Source of the DNA: Minisyncoccota bacterium
GTDB taxonomy: Bacteria > Patescibacteriota > Minisyncoccia > Phycocordibacterales > UBA1550
Length of the DNA stretch: 64,000 bases
Reading direction: 5' to 3'
Assembly (NCBI GenBank): GCA_023229865.1
Contig: JALNYL010000006.1
Coordinates: 5,597 to 69,596 of the forward strand
Shown here in pieces: positions 8,653-17,359 of the stretch (its first letter is position 1; every line of letters starts with the position of its first letter). A model generated the notes under the pieces. It made no database searches. It was not told the origin of the DNA and was given only the letters and a program-made list of their open reading frames with translations. The translations under genes were made by a program, and so were the position numbers.

Positions 8653-10029
8653 TTAGCGCCCATCTGATGAATTAATTAATGCAGCCTCGGCATCTGAAAT
8701 CAGAATCGCGCGGCCAATCTTGCCCACATATTTTTCTATGTTGAATCGCACAGCATCACAGGGAGTCAGCGACTGATCCATGAAAATTCTAGGGTGAGCA
8801 CATCCCCCCATACAAAGAGGCAAAACATTGCAACTCTTGCATCGCTCATTTTCAAACGGAGAATAATCTGCCCATTGCTTATCGATATTGGAAGCAGACG
8901 AGGGCAATGGTTTATAACCCTCTGAAATATGCCCTGACTGCTCAGTAACAGCCCCTACGCTATGCCAGCAGCGACTGATTGACCCATCTGGCCCGATGAC
9001 AATCATCCTGTGCGCAGAGGCTGAACATGCTGCGGATTTAGGAGTTAACTTCCGCGCCAACATTTGCATGCCGTTATCGCTTACTGATAGTGCAAGATTT
9101 TCAAGTGTCGCGTATTCGCTCCGCCCCAGGCTGCATCCATGACCACAAGGGCCATCAGAAGGATTCCGCTTGCCGTCTGAGTTGGTTGCATACCCAGCAT
9201 CTCCCTCGTAATCATAGACGTGGGACAACACAACGGTTGGCACAGAGTTGGCGCGAAGATCATCCAAAATATTTTCAACTTCGTGCGCATTCTTGTTCGT
9301 TACATTAATCCGCACTTGAATATCCAGGTGATCTTTGGATTCCAGAAGATTCTTGTATATCCTGGAAGGCTCACCGGTGCTTGTTCGCATCCCCCGCAAC
9401 CCAGTTTGCTCTTGAAGGGAGTCAAAGCATATCTGAACATTTCTCATGCCAAGCTTGTCCAGTTCCTTCGCGGTGTCTTGGTCGAGCAGTGCTCCATTGG
9501 TGACCATAGTAACGTCGAGTTTACCGCGAGCACTTCTGACAACCTTGCGGATATCCTCAGTCAATTTGATTATTTGCGCCTTACGCAATAATGGCTCTCC
9601 GCCAAACCAGGTAACCAAGAAGCGCCGCCAGCCAAACTGGATGCACGATTCAATGTACTGCAACAATTGCTCCTCCACCTCTGGGCGCATTATGGCACTC
9701 GTGCGATACGACGCTTGAAAGCAATATTCACACGAATAATTGCAGGCGAGTGTGGGAACAAGGGTCAGGTGGAGCGTGTCTCCTCCGCGCGAAGCAAGAA
9801 AGGTTTTCTTGATGAGCTCGATTTCGTCGTCTTTGTGAAGGAATCCCATGCGGCGCAATTGTCGCGGATCGATAGCCTTTTTTAGATCACCATCCCCACG
9901 AAGAATTTCTGCATTTTCTGACGAGAGAAGAGCGAAGGTTCCTGTGCGTGCGTTATATCCAATAACACCCTCATCTCGCTCAATGAAATAATTGTAGCGC
10001 GAACGAACATAGTCGAATCGCTTAGACAT
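8653..10029 (-). CDS. radical SAM / SPASM-domain peptide-modifying enzyme (anSME/ranthipeptide-sactipeptide maturase-like)
   Basis: CNYSCEYC (CxxxCxxC) cluster; C-terminal SPASM cysteines C...CWH and CKSCNVLPLCMGGCAH; N-terminal ~100-aa peptide-recognition-like extension. Confidence 0.85.
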   Translation of the reverse strand: MSKRFDYVRSRYNYFIERDEGVIGYNARTGTFALLSSENAEILRGDGDLKKAIDPRQLRRMGFLHKDDEIELIKKTFLASRGGDTLHLTLVPTLACNYSCEYCFQASYRTSAIMRPEVEEQLLQYIESCIQFGWRRFLVTWFGGEPLLRKAQIIKLTEDIRKVVRSARGKLDVTMVTNGALLDQDTAKELDKLGMRNVQICFDSLQEQTGLRGMRTSTGEPSRIYKNLLESKDHLDIQVRINVTNKNAHEVENILDDLRANSVPTVVLSHVYDYEGDAGYATNSDGKRNPSDGPCGHGCSLGRSEYATLENLALSVSDNGMQMLARKLTPKSAACSASAHRMIVIGPDGSISRCWHSVGAVTEQSGHISEGYKPLPSSASNIDKQWADYSPFENERCKSCNVLPLCMGGCAHPRIFMDQSLTPCDAVRFNIEKYVGKIGRAILISDAEAALINSSDGR

Positions 10030-10064
10030 GGATCGCCCCCGCTACCGTATTACTGACTTGCTGA

Positions 10065-10244
10065 TTACTTGACACTGCAACTGAGAACGTCGCAGCAGAT
10101 GGATACCAAACCGCCAGGACGCGGAATTTTGGTAGTTATTCTTGAACTGAATGAACCAGTGTTAATCGCGGGGATTTTTACGACCATTTCTTTGGTCCCC
10201 GTAGCAAGTAATTTTATTGCTCCTGTCTTTGCGGTAGTAGCCAT
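10065..10244 (-). CDS. candidate RiPP precursor peptide, 59 aa: MATTAKTGAIKLLATGTKEMVVKIPAINTGSFSSRITTKIPRPGGLVSICCDVLSCSVK (not in ORF track, <60 aa)
   Basis: ATG preceded by GAGAGGAG SD at 6-nt spacing; 35 nt upstream of and co-oriented with rSAM/SPASM gene; Gly-Gly motif followed by 14-aa Cys-rich C-terminal core (3 Cys). Confidence 0.55.
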   Translation of the reverse strand: MATTAKTGAIKLLATGTKEMVVKIPAINTGSFSSRITTKIPRPGGLVSICCDVLSCSVK

Positions 10245-10592
10245 GCTGCACTCCTCTCATAAGTTGGAAAAACAATAAAGCCTTCGTACCCATTGTGGGC
10301 AGCGTGAATGGTAGGTCAAAAACAAATTTTGCGGCGCGGCTTGTCGGACTAGGCGAAGAACTAGACCAACCTGCGTCGAGGTCTATAACTTGGTCTATAT
10401 ATTCATAGCGCTGTGCAGGACACTGTGGGGGGGCTGTGTTCCGTACAACCTGGCCCCGGCAATTATTTGCCCATTGCCGGAAAAGTAATGACGCCCGACA
10501 AAGTGATTGATGGAAGAGGCGTATTGGTTGGACCCCCTCGTAACGATGGTTGAAACTGGGTTAGGCTTCCGCCTCAACTAGGAAATACGTGG

Positions 10593-11075
10593 CTAATTCT
10601 CAATGCAACCATTACTAGCTGCGAAACCACATACTCCATCAAGTAGAAGTCCCCCTGCCTGTTTTTCTCGAGTTTTTATATCGAACATCATCAAACCACG
10701 ATGAGTTGACCAGAGATACCAGATTTTCGGGCTCCCATTCTTCTCAATGACTAGTGCTGGGCGTTCTCCCCGCAATCGAATTCTTTGGATTACCTTATAT
10801 ATCGATCCATTAAATTCCCATTTGTTTTGAAGAATCGAATTTCTTGGGACAGCAAATTCAAATACTTTTGAGACAACGCAATGAAATTCATTTTCTGCAT
10901 CACAAAATTTTGCGTCATATCCAACGTCTCCAACAATGACAGAGTTTGTTGTTCTGTCAATGGCGAAGCCGGGACCCTTTGATGGTATACGGATATATTC
11001 CGCAATTTGTTCAGCAAAACAGCACGTGGTAATAGTCCACGTAAAGAAGATAATTGGTATTGTTTTTACTTGCAT
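10593..11075 (-). CDS. exported hypothetical protein; candidate immunity protein for upstream Rhs-CT toxin (overlaps toxin stop by ~10 nt)
   Basis: N-terminal hydrophobic signal-like segment; position immediately downstream of toxin cassette; track start 11081 is TTG, ATG at 11075. Confidence 0.4.
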   Translation of the reverse strand: MQVKTIPIIFFTWTITTCCFAEQIAEYIRIPSKGPGFAIDRTTNSVIVGDVGYDAKFCDAENEFHCVVSKVFEFAVPRNSILQNKWEFNGSIYKVIQRIRLRGERPALVIEKNGSPKIWYLWSTHRGLMMFDIKTREKQAGGLLLDGVCGFAASNGCIEN

Positions 11076-11683
11076 GAGCAATCCCCTGAAAGGAATTTTC
11101 TAGCCCAAGCATCGGCGTCATTTTCGCCAGGTGCCTCTTTGCCAACAAGCGCGCGAGAATTATCCAAGCTATGATTTTCATTCATGAGGTGGCGGAACTC
11201 GTGCGTAAAGATTAGTGAAGGTCCGGGATCATGGGATGTGAGGTTGAAAAAGTCCCAATTAAATCGCGTTTCCTGGGTCGAATACCATGTGTCAGCAAAA
11301 CCAGTTCTAGCTCGATGAAATATATCATCTGCCTTTGGGTCAACGTAAACTTTCCAGTTATCAAATTTTGATTGGAGCGCTGCGCGATTCTTCTTGCATG
11401 TTGTATTTATCTGCGCTTGCATCAGACTGCCAAGATGCCACAAAAACGCCTCGCGCTTTCTTAATTCCGCTTCTGCGGCATCGCTAGATGGCTGCCCACG
11501 TCGTATAACATCATACAACCCATATGGGTCTGAATTGACTAACGGGTTGCTCCTTACATAGGCATACGTATTAACGCCACCTTCTAGTCCGACAGGATCG
11601 GATTGGATATATCTCGCAAGCGCATTCTCCTCATAACAAGCAAGCGCAAGAAATAGCACCACAACGTTTCTGAATCTGATCAT
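11066..11683 (-). CDS. orphan Rhs/YD-repeat C-terminal toxin module: signal peptide + Rhs core terminal junction + ~150-aa toxin domain with HExxH (putative zinc metallopeptidase toxin)
   Basis: ARYIQSDPVGLEGGVNTYAYVRSNPLVNSDPYGL matches RHS-core end motif (DPxGL...NxYxYxxNPxxxxDPxGL); toxin region contains THEFRHL; SD GGGAG before ATG 11683 (MIRFRNVVVLFLALACYEENALA). Confidence 0.7.
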   Translation of the reverse strand: MIRFRNVVVLFLALACYEENALARYIQSDPVGLEGGVNTYAYVRSNPLVNSDPYGLYDVIRRGQPSSDAAEAELRKREAFLWHLGSLMQAQINTTCKKNRAALQSKFDNWKVYVDPKADDIFHRARTGFADTWYSTQETRFNWDFFNLTSHDPGPSLIFTHEFRHLMNENHSLDNSRALVGKEAPGENDADAWARKFLSGDCSCK

Positions 11684-11693
11684 TGCCATCTCC

Positions 11694-12671
11694 CTATTGA
11701 GCCAATCTCGCACGCTCCACGACTTGCTTGTACTGTGCCTTGTAGACCTCCGTTGGCATTCTCCAACCGAGCGCTTCTGCCTTGTCGTACCAAAGTCGAC
11801 TGTTACGATCCAAGAAAGCGTAATTCGACCGCTCTTCCAGCGGAATCAAGTCTGGTCTGGGATATTTGTTGATGAAACGGTCTTTGATCAACCTCGCGTA
11901 GGATGCGCCTTTGTGAAGCATGGCATTAACTGCTTTTGGCGAATACTCCAGCACCATATCAGAAGCCTCAATGGCCTTTTCGTATTGGTGCTTGTGCATG
12001 TAATGCTCGATCAGCGTATCTGTCATTAAAGCAACAGTTTCTTTTTTGCTTAGGGGGCGGAGATAGACGCCATTTGCGATGGCTTCGTCAGTCATGGGCA
12101 TTTGCTGCCTAAGCCACACATCTCGTGCCGTGTTTGCCCCGCTGGTCGCTTCGAGATTAATCCAGCCCTCATTGTTGGCTTTGTACTTCACGAATATGTG
12201 TTCGGGCGCAGTAGCGGCAGTCACTTCGAGGCCAAGCCGTTGCCCAAGGATGATGAAGAGGAAGGGCATGGAGACGCAATTGCCTTTTCTGGACTCCAAA
12301 TAGCTGGGCAGCAATTTATGGCTTATGTCTTCCCCATAAGGATCTGCCAAGTCGTACTGGTAGGGGCGCTGTCCATTCCATGGGTTGGCGGTATAAAGAT
12401 ACGTTCTTAAAACCTGTAGTTTTTCTGGGCTGGATGCATTGAATAGAAGCCCCATTTGGATGTTTGCCACCATCGAATCAATTTTTTTGAGGTTGGCCAT
12501 AATATCAATACTTGGGTCGATCATTTTGTCGATGGTCAGTTTTGCTTTGCCAAGATCAATCTGGTTTTCCGGCAGTCTTAGCATTGCTTGAATTGGACTG
12601 AGATCGTTGGCGAACGCAGCACTGCTTGGGACGGCCATAATCAGCAACAGAATCAGAAAAATACACCGCAT
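11694..12671 (-). CDS. secreted transglutaminase-like (papain-fold Cys-His-Asp) superfamily protein
   Basis: signal peptide MRCIFLILLLIMAVPSSAAFA; RKGNCVSMPFLFIILGQRLGLEV ... PEHIFVKY ... WINLEAT motifs resembling transglutaminase-like core; track start 12827 is TTG. Confidence 0.5.
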   Translation of the reverse strand: MRCIFLILLLIMAVPSSAAFANDLSPIQAMLRLPENQIDLGKAKLTIDKMIDPSIDIMANLKKIDSMVANIQMGLLFNASSPEKLQVLRTYLYTANPWNGQRPYQYDLADPYGEDISHKLLPSYLESRKGNCVSMPFLFIILGQRLGLEVTAATAPEHIFVKYKANNEGWINLEATSGANTARDVWLRQQMPMTDEAIANGVYLRPLSKKETVALMTDTLIEHYMHKHQYEKAIEASDMVLEYSPKAVNAMLHKGASYARLIKDRFINKYPRPDLIPLEERSNYAFLDRNSRLWYDKAEALGWRMPTEVYKAQYKQVVERARLAQ

Positions 12672-12844
12672 GCCTTGCCTGTCCAAAATGCAAACCAGAA
12701 GAACCCTACAGCAAGAACTGTTTTTCGACAATATGCCATTGGGCGCATTAAGGGGAAGCTTTCTCTCGGAGGCCATCGCAGGGATTGAAGCTGGTAAATG
12801 GAGATTTAATGTCTCCACGAGGTGCAACCAGATGTGCCCATGCT

Positions 12845-13129
12845 TTAGCCAAAGCGCTTCCAGTTATCAATGAGCCACTTCTTCACATTGGCGTGACTCC
12901 GCGTATCACCTGGTAGATGCTTCTTTATCAAGCGCTCTACCTTTACTCCAGAGTCTTTTTGTTTTAAATCACATGCGGTTGCGAAGCTATTAATAAATGC
13001 CAAGACCTCGTAACCTTCATTCCGATTCAGGAACGTACTATCCGGTTTGCCGGTGACCTTGGGATCATCTGGAGCAATGGCCGTCCATGAGTAGTCGAAT
13101 TCCAAATCGCTTTTTTGAAGAAGTGGCAT
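12845..13129 (-). CDS. hypothetical protein (94 aa)
   Basis: ATG with strong SD AGAGGA; no recognisable motif. Confidence 0.4.
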   Translation of the reverse strand: MPLLQKSDLEFDYSWTAIAPDDPKVTGKPDSTFLNRNEGYEVLAFINSFATACDLKQKDSGVKVERLIKKHLPGDTRSHANVKKWLIDNWKRFG

Positions 13130-13263
13130 ATTGTCCTCTCGGTGAAAATATTGCTGAACGGCGCATGACTCTACTTCTGAAATCCAGATAAGACAATATG
13201 CCGAACTATCTAGATATCTACGCGAAAGATATAGATACCTCCATATTCCTTGCTTGGATTTGA

Positions 13264-15993
13264 TTACTGCTTCTCAGCTTTTGAGAGCGACCGCGCAATT
13301 ACCTGCGCTACCGCGCTACGTCGTTCGGCGATGTCAGAAGGGGAGAGTGCCTGACTCGTCACCTTGACCTTGTACCCACGCACGGTACTTTCTGTCGTCG
13401 TTGGCGTCGTTGAAACAACTTGGTCGAGGTGTTCGATCAAATCCTCTGGGCTGAAATACCGCACCTTGTCTCGCACTGCTTCATCCAGGTTCGCGGGAAT
13501 GAACCGTGCAAGCGATTTCAAGTGGCGCGCATTCGTGCTGACAACCAATACCTCTTCGTATCCAGCTGAAAGACACTTCTCAACGTTCTGGAGCTCCCAG
13601 TCTCGTCCCGTGGTCACGGATATTTCCACGGCGATCTTGCGTTCTCCCTGCGAGAGGTGAACATCCACCCGTCCCGCACCATCAAGGATGGGTTCTTCGA
13701 TGGATGCCTTGAATGCGCGTTCTTCTGCAAGCTGCTTTACGAGTTGCGCAAGGTACTTGTGCTGCTTCCCACCACCCCCTTGTTCCTTCACCTCATATTT
13801 CGGGCTGGGGGTAGTGGTACGGAATACACGCGGCGCGGGTAGCTCAGGGTAGGGGGAAGAGCCTGCGCCGAGGTCTTCGTGTACAGGCTCCCCCTGGGGC
13901 GCTGGTGCAATCCCTTTCGGTGCCACCATCTCCTTCTTCTCAATCCGCCTGGCTACTGGTGGGACGATCTCAATCTGCGGAATCCGTGCCTCCACGCCAT
14001 ACACTACGCGATTCCTCTCGATGAGCTCTGCATACTGGATATCGTCAAGCACTGGCTCCCGTTCTACCACCCCGAGAGGAATGGAAACGGAAAGCGCTCT
14101 GGCCGTGAAGTTCTTCACATAGCAGGCGAACTCCGTATGGTTCCCGTATTTCTTTTGCTGCAATAGGAAATTAGCATCAGTACGGAACTCTGCATCAAGT
14201 GAGTTTGCATCCTTACTACTTACGCCACCGGCGAATTTAATGGAGGTACTAGCAAGGACACTTGCGCGAAGCGCTGGGCTCAGTTGGTCGAGGTTCTGGT
14301 GACTAAAGACCAGGCCAATCTTGTATTTCCGCGTCTGGTTCACCATGCGGTCGATATTCTCGTCAAAATAGTCCTCAGCCTCGTCGATATATGCAAAGGT
14401 GGGGGTTCGCTCGTGTGCGGGCAATATCGCGCGTTGTATGGCCGCCTGCGCGATCAGGGACACGATGAATCGGCCAAATATTGAAGAACCTTCGTGCCCC
14501 AAGAAATCCTTGGCCGTATTTACTAAAATGATCTTGCCCTCCTGGGTCAGCTTGAATAGGTCAACCTTGTTCTTGGGGTGGCTGAGCATTCGTTCGAGGG
14601 TCGTGTTACTGAGTACGCCCCAGAGTCGTGCCGTGATCTGTTTTTTGTTCTCGGCGAACTGCCGATCAAAAAACTGCGTCGCAAAGAATGTGTGGGCAGT
14701 ACCTGTGAGCTTTTCCATGTAGGGGCGGTACTTCTCTCCGTTCATCATGAGCTCAAGGAGTGTATGAATGGTGGCATTAGGGATTTCCATCATGAGGCGG
14801 GCAAGGTAGCGGAATATCACCCCCTGCCTTTGGGTGAGCTCTGCGCCAAGGAGTGCCCCGAAGAAGTACTCGTAGGTCTCGACTGTTGCGTTGAGAATCA
14901 TTTCTCTGTCTTGCGCTGAAAGCGTACCCATCCGCGCCCGGTCGAAGTCGAACATATTGAGTCCAACAGGATGCTCTACATCAGTCGGGTCGATGAGGAC
15001 AAACCGATCCGCAAGACTGTTTCCCTCACTTGGGTCAAAGAGCTTCAGGTGTGCAATGGTGCGGATCATGTCTCCCTGGCTATCCATCACGATGATCGAC
15101 CTCCCATCCTCCTGTGCCTTCACGAGGTCATGATGAATGAGGAACTGGAGTAGTTGTGTTTTGCCGTGCCCTGATCCCGCAACGATATGCGTGTGTTCAA
15201 ATCGCGCCGGGAAGGGGATAGCAAAGGGAAGTGTGTAGTAGAAAAAAGAGCGAAGCGGTGTTCCCTGAAGATACCCGTCTATGAGGTACTCAGGTGCGGT
15301 GCTCTTGTTGTCGCCCGGCATGATGATCTTCTGCGCCGTACCGTGCCGCCCGCCCGGCGGAACCCCCGACATGAGCCCTACGTTTCCTTCAAGTCTTTCC
15401 CGGAGGGGATCGAAGAGATGCGCATTCACCACGTCAGCATCGTAGAACGTGAGGATGAGCCGGTCGAGTACTTCGGGCAGATTATCGCAAAGGTCCCCTA
15501 TGTGCGCCTCGGGAAGGGTAACGGCGTTGTCAGAAGCAACTCCGTTTGCTCCGATGTCGGTAAAAGCCGAGAGCGGAAAATATTCGAGCATCCCCGAGAA
15601 CAGCCATACCAGCTTATCCCGCCAGATGACGGTCAGTCGTTCGTGGTCGTGGAGGTAATGCAGGTGCCGTTTCCAAATTGCACGAAGTTGAATTCCTTCC
15701 TCAATCGTGAGTTTGGGGATTGTGGAGCGCGGGGGAAGTTCAATAATGAGCCCATCGAAGGACAGGAGACTCCTCACGGTATCGTAGAGCGCATTCCCGA
15801 GAGGAGTCGAGGGGGTGACCCCGCGCCGTTCGCAGACCTCAAAGATGATTTCAAGAATGAAGTCACCGATCTTATCTTCATCTGAAAACGGCGCGCAAGC
15901 CTGAGCATCAACTACCTGCTCATAGAGGGTAGTCATGTCTTTGATCTCGCGGCTACGCGCCGAACCACGAAACCAGTTCTTCCAGTTCGACAT
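13264..15993 (-). CDS. large FtsK/HerA-superfamily P-loop ATPase, TraG/TraD/VirD4 coupling-protein-like core (no obvious TM helices) with ~270-aa N-terminal and ~200-aa C-terminal extra domains
   Basis: Walker A AGSGHGKTQLL, DSQGD after P-loop, Walker B AYIDEAEDYF, FSHQNLDQL; translationally coupled to upstream small gene. Confidence 0.65.
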   Translation of the reverse strand: MSNWKNWFRGSARSREIKDMTTLYEQVVDAQACAPFSDEDKIGDFILEIIFEVCERRGVTPSTPLGNALYDTVRSLLSFDGLIIELPPRSTIPKLTIEEGIQLRAIWKRHLHYLHDHERLTVIWRDKLVWLFSGMLEYFPLSAFTDIGANGVASDNAVTLPEAHIGDLCDNLPEVLDRLILTFYDADVVNAHLFDPLRERLEGNVGLMSGVPPGGRHGTAQKIIMPGDNKSTAPEYLIDGYLQGTPLRSFFYYTLPFAIPFPARFEHTHIVAGSGHGKTQLLQFLIHHDLVKAQEDGRSIIVMDSQGDMIRTIAHLKLFDPSEGNSLADRFVLIDPTDVEHPVGLNMFDFDRARMGTLSAQDREMILNATVETYEYFFGALLGAELTQRQGVIFRYLARLMMEIPNATIHTLLELMMNGEKYRPYMEKLTGTAHTFFATQFFDRQFAENKKQITARLWGVLSNTTLERMLSHPKNKVDLFKLTQEGKIILVNTAKDFLGHEGSSIFGRFIVSLIAQAAIQRAILPAHERTPTFAYIDEAEDYFDENIDRMVNQTRKYKIGLVFSHQNLDQLSPALRASVLASTSIKFAGGVSSKDANSLDAEFRTDANFLLQQKKYGNHTEFACYVKNFTARALSVSIPLGVVEREPVLDDIQYAELIERNRVVYGVEARIPQIEIVPPVARRIEKKEMVAPKGIAPAPQGEPVHEDLGAGSSPYPELPAPRVFRTTTPSPKYEVKEQGGGGKQHKYLAQLVKQLAEERAFKASIEEPILDGAGRVDVHLSQGERKIAVEISVTTGRDWELQNVEKCLSAGYEEVLVVSTNARHLKSLARFIPANLDEAVRDKVRYFSPEDLIEHLDQVVSTTPTTTESTVRGYKVKVTSQALSPSDIAERRSAVAQVIARSLSKAEKQ

Positions 15994-16002
15994 GGGGACG
16001 CG

Positions 16003-16386
16003 CTAGTATTCGAGAGCTTCCTCGCCTCCAAACTGGGATGCTGCCGTGAGTACAGCCTTGAAGGTTTTGCAGGCTTCCTTGATCTGATCTTCTACGGCGA
16101 GCATTTCGACAATGTCTTTGCACTCGATCTGCTTACCCTTCGAGAGGTCATTCACCGAAAGGGAGATATTGAGAGCCTTGAGAGCGAAACGGCTTGCTGC
16201 ACCAAGGAGGCCGCTGCCAGGATCAATAACCTTGTCCCGCTCGTAGAGCATGGTTTCGCCAAGTTTGTATTTCTTGATGTGTTCTTGTTCTTCGTCGGAT
16301 AGCTCGGCACGTACATCAAGGATGAATGAGACTTTGCCCATCCCCATCATTCCGGCTTTTTGATCCCTGCGCAGCAATACTTTCAT
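16003..16386 (-). CDS. hypothetical protein (127 aa), first gene of the ATPase operon
   Basis: ATG with SD AGGAGA; stop 9 nt before the ATPase start. Confidence 0.5.
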   Translation of the reverse strand: MKVLLRRDQKAGMMGMGKVSFILDVRAELSDEEQEHIKKYKLGETMLYERDKVIDPGSGLLGAASRFALKALNISLSVNDLSKGKQIECKDIVEMLAVEDQIKEACKTFKAVLTAASQFGGEEALEY

Positions 16387-16622
16387 GGAGTTTCTCCTGT
16401 AAGGTTAGTTGAGAACTGCACAACATATGCGTTTCCTCCTAACCCAGGAAGGTCTCCATCAAGAGATGCTTCGGGTGACTCCACCTGCATCCGGTAATCG
16501 GTGTGGCGGTATTGGTATTTGTGGAGCGCTCACGAGGAGAACTCCGCCCTGCATTATGCGCTTGCTTCTTAGGTCCACTCAAGAGGAAGTCAGGGATTCA
16601 AAAATATGCGTAGAAAATGAAA

Positions 16623-16653
16623 CAGGGTTCTCGTCGTAATGACGAGAACCCTG
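16623..16653 (-). terminator. perfect 13-bp stem / 5-nt loop hairpin (CAGGGTTCTCGTC-GTAAT-GACGAGAACCCTG); T-rich tract follows on minus strand
   Basis: seen in sequence; lies in ~1-kb non-coding stretch between the two ATPase operons. Confidence 0.4.
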
Positions 16654-17359
16654 CCTATTCCGAAATGACCTAGTCATACATCGAGCGCCATGCCCAGCCT
16701 CCCGTCGGCTCACGAACTTCTGTTCGTCGTCGCCGGTCTTTCCCTGATCGCCGATTACAACATGGCATGTTGAAATTGTCGCATCTGCAGATACGTGCTT
16801 CTGCTGCGATGTCCCCAGGTGTTTTTTTCGTGTCCATAACTATCTCCTTATCCGCTCTCGCGGGTTAGATTTAGAAACCGAAAGGAACTGAATTCATGAG
16901 GGTCGCAGATCGGATTTAGTGCCATCTCTTGCAAAAGATTTGCGGAAATGCTTTACTAATCCAGTCCAGCATTACGACCATCGCTTTACTACGCTTTGAA
17001 GCAGGGAGCCTCCTTTCTTGGCTCATCAGTAGGTTGGACACTGGGACCTGTTAGCGCAGGTTCCACCAAAGCCCGCCAAAACATCGGCGGGTTTTTCTTT
17101 GCATATTCAAACTGTTCCATAAATTTCTTTCGTTTCCGATGGCAAAGAAAATGCCCGCAATAATCGCAATTTTTAAAATTCGCAATTGTGGCGGGCATTA
17201 TCGCGGCCTCAAATGGCCTTCGATCTACTCCGCTTACTTCAACCGGTGCTGCTCATCTGCGTATGTTGCATCCTGTAATTGATTGCCCCGCTTCTGCGGG
17301 TGAATGTGCTGATCGAATATTAGCCAACTTCCTGCAAACATACAACCCATGCATGGGTA

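Noticed and set aside
10395-10577. 60-aa minus-strand ORF between the precursor peptide and the immunity candidate
   Set aside because: No SD and composition atypical. More likely the promoter/leader region of the RiPP operon. Checked for a second Cys-rich precursor and found none.
15187-15885. 232-aa plus-strand ORF antisense to the TraG-like ATPase gene
   Set aside because: Lies entirely inside a well-supported 909-aa gene on the other strand. Arg/Pro-rich composition of a GC-rich antisense frame. Many similar antisense ORFs are present (e.g. 38718-39422 opposite ftsZ, 48150-48701 opposite rnj, 42082-42585 opposite hisS) and all were disregarded.
16989-17198. 69-aa minus-strand ORF with CDYCGHFLCH motif overlapping the large palindrome
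   Set aside because: ATG sits inside the inverted repeat and the SD is weak. Could be a real zinc-ribbon peptide but evidence is insufficient. Mentioned under the DNA-transfer finding instead of annotated.
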